From: Vicugna vicugna
Taxonomy: Eukaryota
NCBI GenBank assembly: GCA_013265495.1
Contig: MU060887.1
Span: forward strand, 3,906,001-3,970,000
Direction of reading: 5' to 3'
DNA length: 64,000 bases
Shown here: positions 35,592-45,400 of the stretch, piece after piece
How positions within the stretch are numbered: the first letter of the stretch is position 1
Layout: each line of letters opens with the position of its first letter
Translations under genes and position numbers: made by a program
Notes under the pieces: generated by a model
What the model was told of the DNA's origin: nothing
Databases searched by the model: none
Seen by the model: the letters and a program-made list of their open reading frames with translations, nothing else

Positions 35592-36344
35592 CTGGGGGCA
35601 GACAGGCCGTAAGAGGGGACCTGTGGTTTGGGCAGGGGCGGTCCTCCGGGCACCCACCTGCCCGTCCTTCTCAGAGGAGTCGAAGTTGTCCAAGAAGCGG
35701 CGGAGCACCTCCTCCTCCGTCCACTGCCCACTCCGCACCTTGGGGTGAGCGCGGCCGCTGTACACCCCCCGCAGGTCATCCACCGTCACCACGCCATCCC
35801 CGCTGCGGTCCAGCTTGGCAAATGCAGCTGTGATGACTGCCTCCCGGGCCTGGGACGTGGGGGGCTGGGAAGGGGGAAGTGGTGACCGGGGGTGCAGAGC
35901 TCGGGCGGCTGCCAGAGGCTCAGCGCTGCCACAGATAAGCCCACAAGAGCTCAGCACCCCGGGTGGCAGGGTGAAGGGACTTGGCTGTGATCACGCAGCC
36001 CAGCCTCACCCGCAGCGCCCGCAGGAACTCCTCCAGGTCCAGCGTCCCGCTGCCATCACGGTCCCAGCGCCTGCACACACCCTCCACCTCCACCGTGTCC
36101 AGCGCCAGCCCCAGCTCAACCAGGCCCCGCTGGAGCTCCCCCGCATCCAGGGATCGGCTCCCATCCCGGTCCAGGCGGCGGAAAAACCTGGGGGGCGGGG
36201 GCACAGTTAGAAAGCAGTCTGTGGGCCTGGGGGGTCAGGAAGGTGTGAGGGGACAGCTCACTTGGCCAGACCCTGGATGCCCGAGGCCCCTCGGGACAGA
36301 CACTGTGCCCGGAGTTTCTCCATGGTGGCGTCCACAGCATCCAT
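35490..36344 (-). CDS. CAPS: Calcyphosine (EF-hand Ca2+-binding protein), 189 aa. complement(join(35490-35591,35658-35864,36010-36187,36262-36344))
   Basis: The spliced translation [45 protein letters not shown]...[13 protein letters not shown]...[13 protein letters not shown]...[14 protein letters not shown]...MMTSAWRL* matches recalled calcyphosine length and its four EF-hands. All junctions are GT-AG and phase-consistent. Confidence 0.96.
35658..35864 (-). CDS. CAPS: CAPS coding exon with EF-hand 3 (207 nt)
   Basis: ttcccag|CCC CCC ACG TCC...GGG CAG|gtgggt. Confidence 0.95.
36010..36187 (-). CDS. CAPS: CAPS coding exon with EF-hands 1-2 (178 nt)
   Basis: ccccag|G TTT TTC CGC...CTG CGG|gtgagg. 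Confidence 0.95.
36262..36344 (-). CDS. CAPS: CAPS first coding exon (83 nt coding)
   Basis: ATG at 36344; ends GCC AA|gtgagc. Confidence 0.94.
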
Positions 36345-36454
36345 GATCTCTGGGCAGCTGAGTGGGAGAGAGATCCAGGGGCCTTCTGCTCAGCCAGCCA
36401 GGCTCTGGGCCGGTGCTGCCAGCCCACCCTGGCCAGCTGCCCCTGCTCACTCAC

Positions 36455-36500
36455 CTGGCCTTTGTCTGTCCTGGAGTCCTCCAGATGGCCTCTCTGCCCA
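36455..36500 (-). other. CAPS: Probable non-coding first exon of CAPS (5' end approximate)
   Basis: Consensus donor CCAG|GTGAGT on - at 36455/36454, about 110 nt upstream of the ATG. An acceptor-like ctcccactcag/ctgcccag precedes the ATG. Confidence 0.55.
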
Positions 36501-38024
36501 ACGCTGGCAGTGCGTCCTGCCCAGCAGGACTGTTGCTAAGGGACAGTGCCCTGGAGACTGGGAGGGGCCCCAGCTGTAACACTCTCTGTGCCAGGGCCTC
36601 TTGGCCCTAGGCACAGCCCTCTGGGGGTGTATGGCAGGCCAAGAGGGACAGGGCACTGCTCTTGCTGCTACCTCTGCCCACCTACTGTCCTGCTCAGTCA
36701 CCCCCAGCCCTGCAGTGCCCAGGCCTGGGATAGAGCCAGACCCGGACTAGGAGTTGGGGGGGGGCGGGGGAGGACAGTCATGTCCTAGCCACAGGGAGGA
36801 GGGTTGGGCTACAGCCCTGTAGGAACCACTGTCCTGGATGGAGGGAGGCAAGGCCCAATTCCTGTGTGACCTGGGGCAGGTCCCCTCCCCTCTCTGGGCT
36901 TCACCAGTTCCCTGCTCTTCACAGGGCAGCAGCCAAAGCTGCTGAGGGATCCGAGTTTAAAGGGCTTGAGGTGGCCCAGGCCCACGTCCAGCAGGAGGTG
37001 CTGAGACCAGTGCTGGCTGAGCTGAAACAGCTGGGCCCTCCAGACTCAGCGCTGAGTTGGACAGAGTAATTCCTGGTATTTTTGTCAATATGAGTGTTTT
37101 GGTGGTTGGTTTCTAGTTCTCAGAACGTCACTTGGTGAGTGACAAGCAGCAGAGCCAGGGGCTGCGGTCTTGGACAGAGAAGCGGCCCTGACCCCCGACA
37201 CACATAACCCGAGAGGAACCAAGGCCGCCATCCCAGAGCGCCTGCGATGGGGACTTTGGACATCTTTGCCAACTGAGAGCGCTCCACCAACAGGCAGGAT
37301 CACAAATGATGCTGGATTTCCAGGACTTAAAACGTGGGCCCTGTTGGGGGACCCACCACCCAGAGACCCAGAGCTCATCAGAGGCTTTTCAAACTTTGGA
37401 CTTGGACATGGCACAATGGCGGTGTCAAAAATTGCTGCTGCAGTCAGAATCCAAGCTGTGGCTCACGTGTGACAGGCACTGTGATTCCAGCCACAGCTGA
37501 TGCAGCACCATCGTTTTTATGAGAAACTGCAGTGACTTTCTACTGCAGAAATTCTTGTGGCTCGCTGCAGTCCAAAATTCTTTGGGTAGGCAAAGAAATA
37601 GTCCATTGTGTTATTTTTATGAGGATTACAAATGTCAAACTGTTTTTCTATAGAAAACTGTAAAGATGTAACCACAATAATGATAGCTCTGTTTTGGCAT
37701 CTCCGCATCTTTAAGAGAATCAGAACTTCCACAATAAAAAACTGGAAGTGGCTGGGGCCCTCCCAACCCTGGGGCCTTTCACTTTACCTCTCCAGGCCTC
37801 ACTTTCCACAGCTGTAAAATGGGGCAGTGCCTGTGTCCATGGGTGGCTGAGGAGACCAGATACACGGTATGCTGGCAAGTAGGGTGCCTTGCACAACCTC
37901 CCGGGACTGTAACTCATGTCTTCCCACCCAGCAGGGCCCCAACCTGGACCAGGAACTGCACAGGGACCACCTGCAGCCCCTGCACCAGGAAGAAAGGAAC
38001 AACCAAGGCCAGGAAATCATTTGG

Positions 38025-38030
38025 TTTATT
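38025..38030 (-). terminator. Candidate VMAC polyadenylation signal AATAAA
   Basis: tttatt on + reads AATAAA on -, about 1.5 kb downstream of the VMAC stop; no transcript evidence available. Confidence 0.35.
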
Positions 38031-39537
38031 CTTGAGCTCAGACAGGCCCCAGCCTGCCTTCCCCTCGTACAAACTGCAACACGCCCCAATCCTTATTCAT
38101 CCCGAGGAGAAATCTGGGCCATTGTTAACCATGCTGAGGGGTCCCTGTTAGACAGCAGGCGGCGCCCTCCTTGGGGCCCGGGATGGACGCTGCGCTCTGG
38201 GCTCTGAGGGGGCTGTGCCCCACAGCGGTTCCTGGTGGGACAATTCCCTGAGTTCAGGAGACAGCTGTCCTGGTACCAGGCTGGGCACTTGGGCTGGGCA
38301 GAGGGCACAGGGTTCCCTGGTTTGATAAAAGCAAAGTGCCCCAAATGTCTCAGGCCAAGAAGGGCAGAGTAGAGATAAGGAGTTAAAAAATAGATTCTCT
38401 AGGGAATGTAAAAAATAAGCCAGTTGCTGCTACAAAAGCTGCACTGGCTGGGGTGTGTAGGGGAGGATCTCAGATGTGCTAGGACCCCTGGCTCCCTGCA
38501 GGGCCCCTAGACCCATCCTGTTCCCACTGAGGTCCCAGGGTGTGCCAGGTGCTGGTGACAAACAACAAAGTCTCTGTCCTCGTGGAGCTTACAGTCTGAT
38601 GGTAAGAAGCTACATAAAGGAAATGGGGCAGTGGGAGGGGAGTGGGGAAGGATTACTTCAGATAAGGTGATTGAGGGAAGGCCTCAGAGGTGACATTTGT
38701 GCAAAGACCTGAGTAACCAGGAGCCAGTCATGTGACATCTGGGGCCAAGCATTCTTGGAGGAGAGAACAGCCTGTGTAAAGGCCCTGAGGCAGGACGCTA
38801 TCGGAGAAAGCTTTACAGGATGCCCAAAGTTTGCCTGGGCAGCAAAGCCAGCATCTCAACGTATCCCGTGTGCACACTCTTCCCTGGACTAAGGGAAGGA
38901 CAGAATTAGGGGAAAAAATACCTAGAATTTAAAGTTTGTCTTCATACAACCTGAAAAATGGCCTGAGGCTTGAGAGTCCCAATTCTGGGCTGGGATGAAG
39001 AGCTAGAAAAAGATTTAGGATGGGGAGAGCTTCAGAAGGAACAAAACTCAAGGCAACAGGGGGTGGGGGAGAAAACCTCAAATGATGTGGAACTTGATGC
39101 CATCTGCCTCCACTGGAGAAAGAGAGGTCGCAGACAGATGCTTCAGCAGCCAGACATCTGGCCCTAAGAGATAAGGGGGCCAAGAAACTCACACACTGGC
39201 TAAAGAGGGTGCCCTGGACTCCAATCCAGGCAGGCACAGTCCAGTCTGAAGCCAGAAATCCAGATTTTTGCTTAAGCGCTGCCAGTTTTTCAACAAGAGT
39301 GATTGATTCAAAGTTTTGGTTTTTAAAAAAAACTTCTGTCCGGGCTAAGCATCCACATTTGGCCTGCAGGCCACTCATTTGAAACCTGTGACTATAGCAG
39401 GCTCTGGTGCCTGGACAGGATTATGGCTCTGTCACCAGGTCCTCTCTGGGATACTGGTGACACCCAAGGATGCCCATGGTAGTGGAAAATGTCCCCATCA
39501 CGGCCCTCTTTCTCCATTCTGGAATCTGCTCTGGGAC

Positions 39538-39856
39538 TCACACAGTGGTCCCAAACACCACAGGCTGGAGGTGGTCCCTGTCCTCTTCCTCCCCAGTACT
39601 GTTGGCAAGGGGTGAGCTGGGCCCACCAGGGAGTGGGTGGCCAGGATCACTGGCCGGCAAAGGCCCCAGGCGCTCGGCCTCAGCCAGGGAGGCCAGCAGC
39701 CCAGCCAAGGGTGGCCGGCGGCGGCAGATGTCCTGCAGGAGCTCAGCCCGGGGCTGCAGCTGCCCAATGAGCTTGTCCCTCTGGCGCACAGCTGCCTGCA
39801 GGCTCTGGACAGCAGCCTCGGAGGTCAGCAGCTGCTCCTGGAGAGCCGCAATCTCA
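39538..39856 (-). CDS. VMAC: VMAC coding exon 2 (319 nt including stop)
   Basis: Acceptor AG at 39858-39857; in frame to the stop at 39538. Confidence 0.94.
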
Positions 39857-41191
39857 CTGGCAGGAAGGCAAGATGGGGCAGTTAGAACCAGAGGTCCTCG
39901 TCTCCCTGCCCCCAACCTCCATCCCCGTCAGGATAAAGCATCCCTCCCCTTGCCATGGACCGAATGTCTGTGTCCTCGCGTTCCCAGATTGATGTGTTAA
40001 ATCCCTACCCCTTCGATGTCATAGTATTTGGAGATGGGGCCTTGAGAGGTAAAGTTTAGATGAGGTCGTGAGGATTTCCTTATAAGAGACACCAGAGAGC
40101 GTGCTCTCTCTGTGCCGTGTGAGGACACAGAAGATGACCATCTGCAAGCCAGGAAGAGGACCTTTCCCAAGAGCTGAGTCCGTCAGCATCTTGATCCTGG
40201 ACTTCCCAGCCTCCAAAACTGTGAGAAATAATTTGCTGCTGTTTAAGTCCCCAGTCCACGGTATTATATAACGACAACCTCAGCCGACTAACACACTCCC
40301 TCATCCATCCCTCTAGCTCTTCCTGCAGTTCCCTTTCCCCACTACATCCTTTCCTGTTGTTCACCTTAGACAGCGGTTCCTCCAGGAAGCCTTCGCCAGG
40401 CCCCCTCAGAGTCGTGTGGCCCTCCATCAGAACCCCGATCACCCCAGACTGTAAGTGCCTAGCAGTGTGTCTGCCTGAGGGCAGGGCTGCATAGGTCTTA
40501 CAGATGTGCCCTAATACCGAGCACAGTGCCTGGCACATAGTAGGTGCTCAGTGAAGATGTAAGGAATCCAACAAGCTCTGAATTACTTCCCACCCAGTCC
40601 TTAGCGCCTCCTTCCTCCCTAGGTACTTGTCTCATCTCTTTTAACCCTTCTAGAGGGACTCTTCAAAACTGCTTATATGATCCCATCCTCCCCTCCTCAA
40701 GAACCTGCCATGGCTCCAATAGCAGGTGGTTGGTGGGGTCCCTGCATCACTCAGGACCAGCTGATTTTGCCTAGTGATCAAAATGGCCCCTGTTTAAGTT
40801 AGATACCCACGTTTGTGTGACAACTCTCAACTTCACATACTGACGACTAATTCAAGTATTGTGTTTGTTTTTTCAATCCCACCAATAGTACAGCTCCACC
40901 AGAATGCACACGGTTTCCCCTGCCGGTCCTCCTTTCCAATCTCGGCTCCACCTCTGCCCACTTCCTCCGAGAAGTCAACTTGGCCGGCCCCGAGCCTCAC
41001 CGGTCCTTGGCGCGGCCCAGCTCGTCCAAGGCGGCGCGCAGCTGCTGGTCGTGGCGGGCCAGGCGCTCCGCCTGGGCGCGCACCGTGCGCTCCGCCGCGT
41101 CCAGTCGCGCCTCCAGCTCCGCCGCATGCCGGTGCACTGCCGCCAGGTGTGCGTTCGCCTCGCGGATCTGCAGGGGCGGCGGCGCTGACAT
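39538..41191 (-). CDS. VMAC: Vimentin-type intermediate filament-associated coiled-coil protein, 169 aa. complement(join(39538-39856,41001-41191))
   Basis: Exon 1 encodes [63 protein letters not shown](R) and ends CG|gtgagg. Exon 2 starts ctgccag|T GAG ATT and encodes [16 protein letters not shown]...[12 protein letters not shown]. Matches the recalled VMAC sequence and length. Confidence 0.95.
39951..40293 (+). mobile_element. MLT1-type (MaLR) solo LTR in the VMAC intron
   Basis: TG...CA ends (tgccatggaccgaatgt...gactaaca) and internal gtatttggagatggggcc, gtgaggacacag, atctgcaagccaggaagagg, ttgatcctggacttcccagcctcc...actgtgagaaataa. Confidence 0.85.
41001..41191 (-). CDS. VMAC: VMAC coding exon 1 (191 nt)
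   Basis: ATG at 41191 in a ggggccATG context; donor gtgagg at 41000. Confidence 0.94.
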
Positions 41192-42231
41192 GGCCCCAGC
41201 CGCAGTCCAGGCCCGGCCACGCCCACGGGCGGCCCGGAACCACCCTCAACCACGCCCCCTGAATCAGGCTCCGCCCCCAGGACTAGGTCGCGCCTTCCTC
41301 AAACCCAAACACCCTCACTGGTTCTGGCAACTCGAGACACCGCCCCTGAGCCCGGCCTAATTCCAAGATTGGCCAAGGTCTTGACAAACCACGCCCCAGA
41401 TTGGCCCGGTCCTCTGGTGGCGCCCCAGTTCAGACTCTGGCAACAGGAATGGTCACTCCTTGAGACAGGCCCCGCCCTACTCAGAAGCTAACGCGCCCTG
41501 TTGGTCAGAGCCCACAAGCCTGACCAAGCCCCCCGGAACCGGCTACGCTTCTCGCCATTGGCCACGTCCACGCCTCTCAGACAACTATACAACTCCGGAT
41601 TGGTCAAGTTCCCCTTCAGATTATGTTTCGGGTCTGGCCACACCCAGCCTAGAGCATTCTGCACCCCGCCCAGGGGTTGGACTAGCCACAAACTGGGCAC
41701 AGACTACATGCCGCTAAGAATCCTAGCACTGGGATTGGACGCTTTCGCGTCAAGCCCTTGAGCCTGGCCACGCCCCTAAATAGTCACACGCTGTTCAGAC
41801 TACTGTTTAAGACGGGCCGTAGGGCGTGATCACGCCTCCCCACAGATTCTGGTGCTGGGAGTGGCCACATTCCCCATGTCCCGCCCCATAACGTCGTCTC
41901 GCTCCTATCACTTGGGCGAGCTCTCGTACAATGTCGTGCCTGTGGATTGGCCTAGTATCTTTGATAGTCCCGCCCCTACTTAGGCCCTACACCTGGGACT
42001 CAAACCATTCCTGACCCAGGACTTTCTGAAATGGAACTAGCGACACCTGTCTTTACTGATCCTGTTTGCACTCAGTTTTCCCCTCCAGAAGTCGGCCAGG
42101 GGTGCACGCACTCTTCCTTTATGCCAGCCGACCCCAGCGCCTGAGCGAAGCCGTGTCCACGTCCGCGGCGCCCAATAAAGTTGCTCGCTTGTTGCCGGCT
42201 CGCCCTCTCGGGAGGCTGCGCGCGCCGCCCA

Positions 42232-42246
42232 GGAAGTCTCGCGAGA
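42232..42246. promoter_or_regulatory. ETS-type GGAAGT overlapping the palindromic TCTCGCGAGA (CGCG/BANP-type) element
   Basis: aGGAAGTCTCGCGAGAg. The perfect 10-bp palindrome at 42237-42246 lies 70 nt upstream of the NDUFA11 ATG. Confidence 0.7.
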
Positions 42247-42316
42247 GCGAGCGGCATCTGCCCTTGGGCTTTGGGAGCCGGCGGGTCTTGCAGTGCGGGA
42301 CTTGGGGTGCGCGGTC

Positions 42317-42413
42317 ATGCGTAAGACGGTTCTTCACCAGTACTTGGACATCCCCGAAGGCACCGAGTGCCACCGCAAAGCCTACGCCAGCACCAGTATC
42401 GGTGGTGCCGCTG
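42317..42413 (+). CDS. NDUFA11: NDUFA11 coding exon 1 (97 nt)
   Basis: gtcATG CGT AAG...GCT G|gtgag. Confidence 0.92.
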
Positions 42414-45400
42414 GTGAGCGCCGGCCGGGTTCAGAGGGCTGAGGGCGCCAGGAGGTCGTCGGGTCATTGGGGGCTGCCCGCGGACGTCCCGGAGGGGCTG
42501 CGGATCTTTCAGGGTGGCATATGGTTTTCGTCGGAGTGTCTGGGGCGGCCTTGGGATGCTGGGGGGCTCTTGTGCAAGATAAGCTTTGTAGGGATGACGG
42601 ACTAACTCAGAAGGCGCAGAGAGATCATGGGGTTCCTGGGAGCTGTCCGAAGGGGTCCCATGGGGCTGAGAATCTCGTGGAGTGATACGTGGTCGTCGTC
42701 GGGGTGTCTGGGGCCACCACGGGGAACTCTTGTGTGAGATAGACGTTGGGGGGGGGTCTGGCCGGTTGGGGGAGGGGCCCTGGGAGGTCGTCGTCCATGT
42801 GACAAGCTGGTCAATGAGGTCATCAAAATCTCTGGGTGCTGGGATGTGGAGCTTATTATTGAAGCACTCACCAGGCTCTGGGGAAGTGGTTGAGTAGGGC
42901 AAGGCCATTATTGAGGTCGCAGGAGCTGGAAGATTCTGAGATTTCCCAACTGGGTGACTTGAGATTATTTGGAAGGATTATGGGTTATTTTTGAGGTGTC
43001 TGAGGGGAGACATTTGAGAAGGTGTTGGAGTAGGGTGAAGTCTTCTTAGGGTCCAGGAGAGCTGGGTGGTCAGAGACATCTGAAGCTTTTACTGGGGCCA
43101 CCAGAGGGGTGGTAGGAGTGCTGAGGAAACGATAGGTGAAGTGGGTCAGCAGCTGTTATAAGGGTAGCCTTGAAGGGTGTGTGGGGACCCACAGCCCTGG
43201 CATTCTCCTGCAGGGGAGACCCCAGGGTCTCGCCTCTTCCAGGCTCCTTTCCAGTCTCAGCCTGAGGCGTAGATATGATGGTTTCAGCCACCTCTGTGTC
43301 TCCAGCTCCTGAAGCAGGGCCTGGCAGAAGTTGAGTCTACACTGGGCAGCATTTGCATTCAGGTAGACCTAATCATCCCTGTCATTTTCTGCATCTTTAG
43401 TGAGATCCAGGATTACCATCTATTTCTCAGAGGCAGAAACAAAATTAGGGAGGTGTATTCACTCCCCAGGGGCCTTTTGGAGCCAGGGCTGCGAATCCAG
43501 GCCTGCTAATCTGCTCCTGTGGGTTACTGGGGCAAGAAATGTGCCTCCAGGGTCCATATGAAGGGTCTTCAGGAGCGAGCTGAAGGGGAAGTCCCAGGGA
43601 ATGGGTTATGTGCAATCTACTGGAATAACATTTTGTTAGGATGGTCAGGGGCACTTCTCTGGGGGCACTTCAAGAGCCCTGGAGGGCTGGGCAGTGTGTG
43701 TGGAGAGGTCACTGTCGGAGTATGTCATTCTGGTGGATTCATACTGTAGGACGCTGACATTGGGGAGCGCCCCACAGAACTTGATGGGGGGTCCTGGTGG
43801 CGTCTCAGGGGAGATTAAAGCAGGAGGACGTCACCTGTGAGGCGTGTGGGGCCTGCAGGGAGATTTGGAGTAGTGAAGGGTTTAGGGGATGTCGAAACTG
43901 AGAAGGACATAAGGTTGGCGTTTGTGAGGGGGAGCACACGTGCACACTCACAGATGCACACCCCATTGAGGGGCCACTGGGGAAGACAGCGCGTCCCAGG
44001 AGTGGCGTACTGCCGAGTGAACGAGGAGTCTCTAGGTGGGGGCTCATTGGAGGGTGTGTGAGCAGATGTGGGTGGGAACCTTGGACAGAGGTGCTGTCTC
44101 GGGCAGTCATGGAGAGACTCAGATTTGGGGGTGGTCACTGGCTTCCGTGAGCCCGGCTGCGCCCCAGGGGTCTTCAAGTGTGTTGCTCACTTTCCCCACC
44201 AGCATTTTCTCACCGGCCAGCTCTACTCAACTTACCAGACCTGGTTTAAACGTTCTCTTGGATCCTCCCCTCCCTTCCCCTCCTCTCTCCCCTGCCTCCC
44301 CTGGTCCTCACCCCAGAGAACTCCTCTGAGACAATGAGCCCCTGGAGGGCAGGGGGCTGGACTCTAGAGGAGCCCAGCACATAGTAACTAGAATGAATGA
44401 GTGCCTTTGAACAAATGAATGAGTAAATGTGGGCACACAGTTACTGTTTGTGAATGAATGAATGTACACTGTGTCTGCAGGTTACTTCAGGAAGCCAGTG
44501 GGGAGCCAGGAGCAAGTGGAGAGGCTGGGGGGATTCTTCTCAGGTGTTGAATGGGGCCTGTTTGAGACCCTTACGTGCTGGGAGGGAGGCTGTGGCGCCA
44601 GAGGTGTCAGGTGGGCTCCTGGAGCAGAGGTGGGCATCACTTACTGAATGGTTGCTGGAGGAGAGCTGGGGGTTGAGGGGGACAGTCCTGGACCCAGAGA
44701 TAGTCCGGGGCTTCCAGATCATCCACTCCCAGTTAGAGGACTCGTGAGGGGATGTGGGGTGGTGGCGGCCCTCTCTCCGTCCAGCGTGGCCTGCGAACCG
44801 AGCGTCCCTTGGCCAGGACAGCAGGCGTGTGTGGGTGAGGTGGATGAGGTTCCCCCAGGGCTTGCTGCGTGACTGGGCTCATGGACCACTGCTGAGTCTT
44901 GTCAGTGGCTCCCTTGTTCCTGGCCCAGCTCTGGAGATCACGCCTCACCAGGTCCAGGCGGGACAGGAAGCCCCTTCTACTTAAGTCTCTTTACAAGCTG
45001 GGTGGGGGCATGTGTGAGAGATTGAGGATGGGAGCTTGCTAGGCGCGGGAGGTGGGGAGCCCCAGAGCAGACTCCAGCCTACTACCCTCTTCCCAGCCTT
45101 CAGCCCCTCTGAGGGTGAGCAGGGACCCTAGGGTTCATCGTGGGATTGGGAGAAATGAGGTCTGCAGGGTTCCCAGATGGGCGCCTTGCCCATGGGAGCC
45201 GTCCGTGTATGTGGCTCCTTCCCCCTCATCCCTGGGCCTCAGTTTCCCCATCTGTGAAGTGGCGAGGGCTATCTTGGCCATCCTCAGGGTTGCTCTGAAG
45301 ATGAACCCCAGCCAAGGCTGGGGGGACACTGCTCAGCTGGGAAGGTCATCTGGGGGCCTGCAGGCAATAGAAGATAGAGTCTTGGGGACTGGATGGGGCC

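Larger units (their letters stand above)
40980..42560. promoter_or_regulatory. CpG-rich bidirectional promoter shared by VMAC (-) and NDUFA11 (+)
   Basis: The divergent ATGs at 41191 and 42317 are separated by 1125 bp. High CpG density over both first exons, with multiple ATTGG (CCAAT) and CCACGCCCC/CCCGCCC boxes. Confidence 0.85.
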
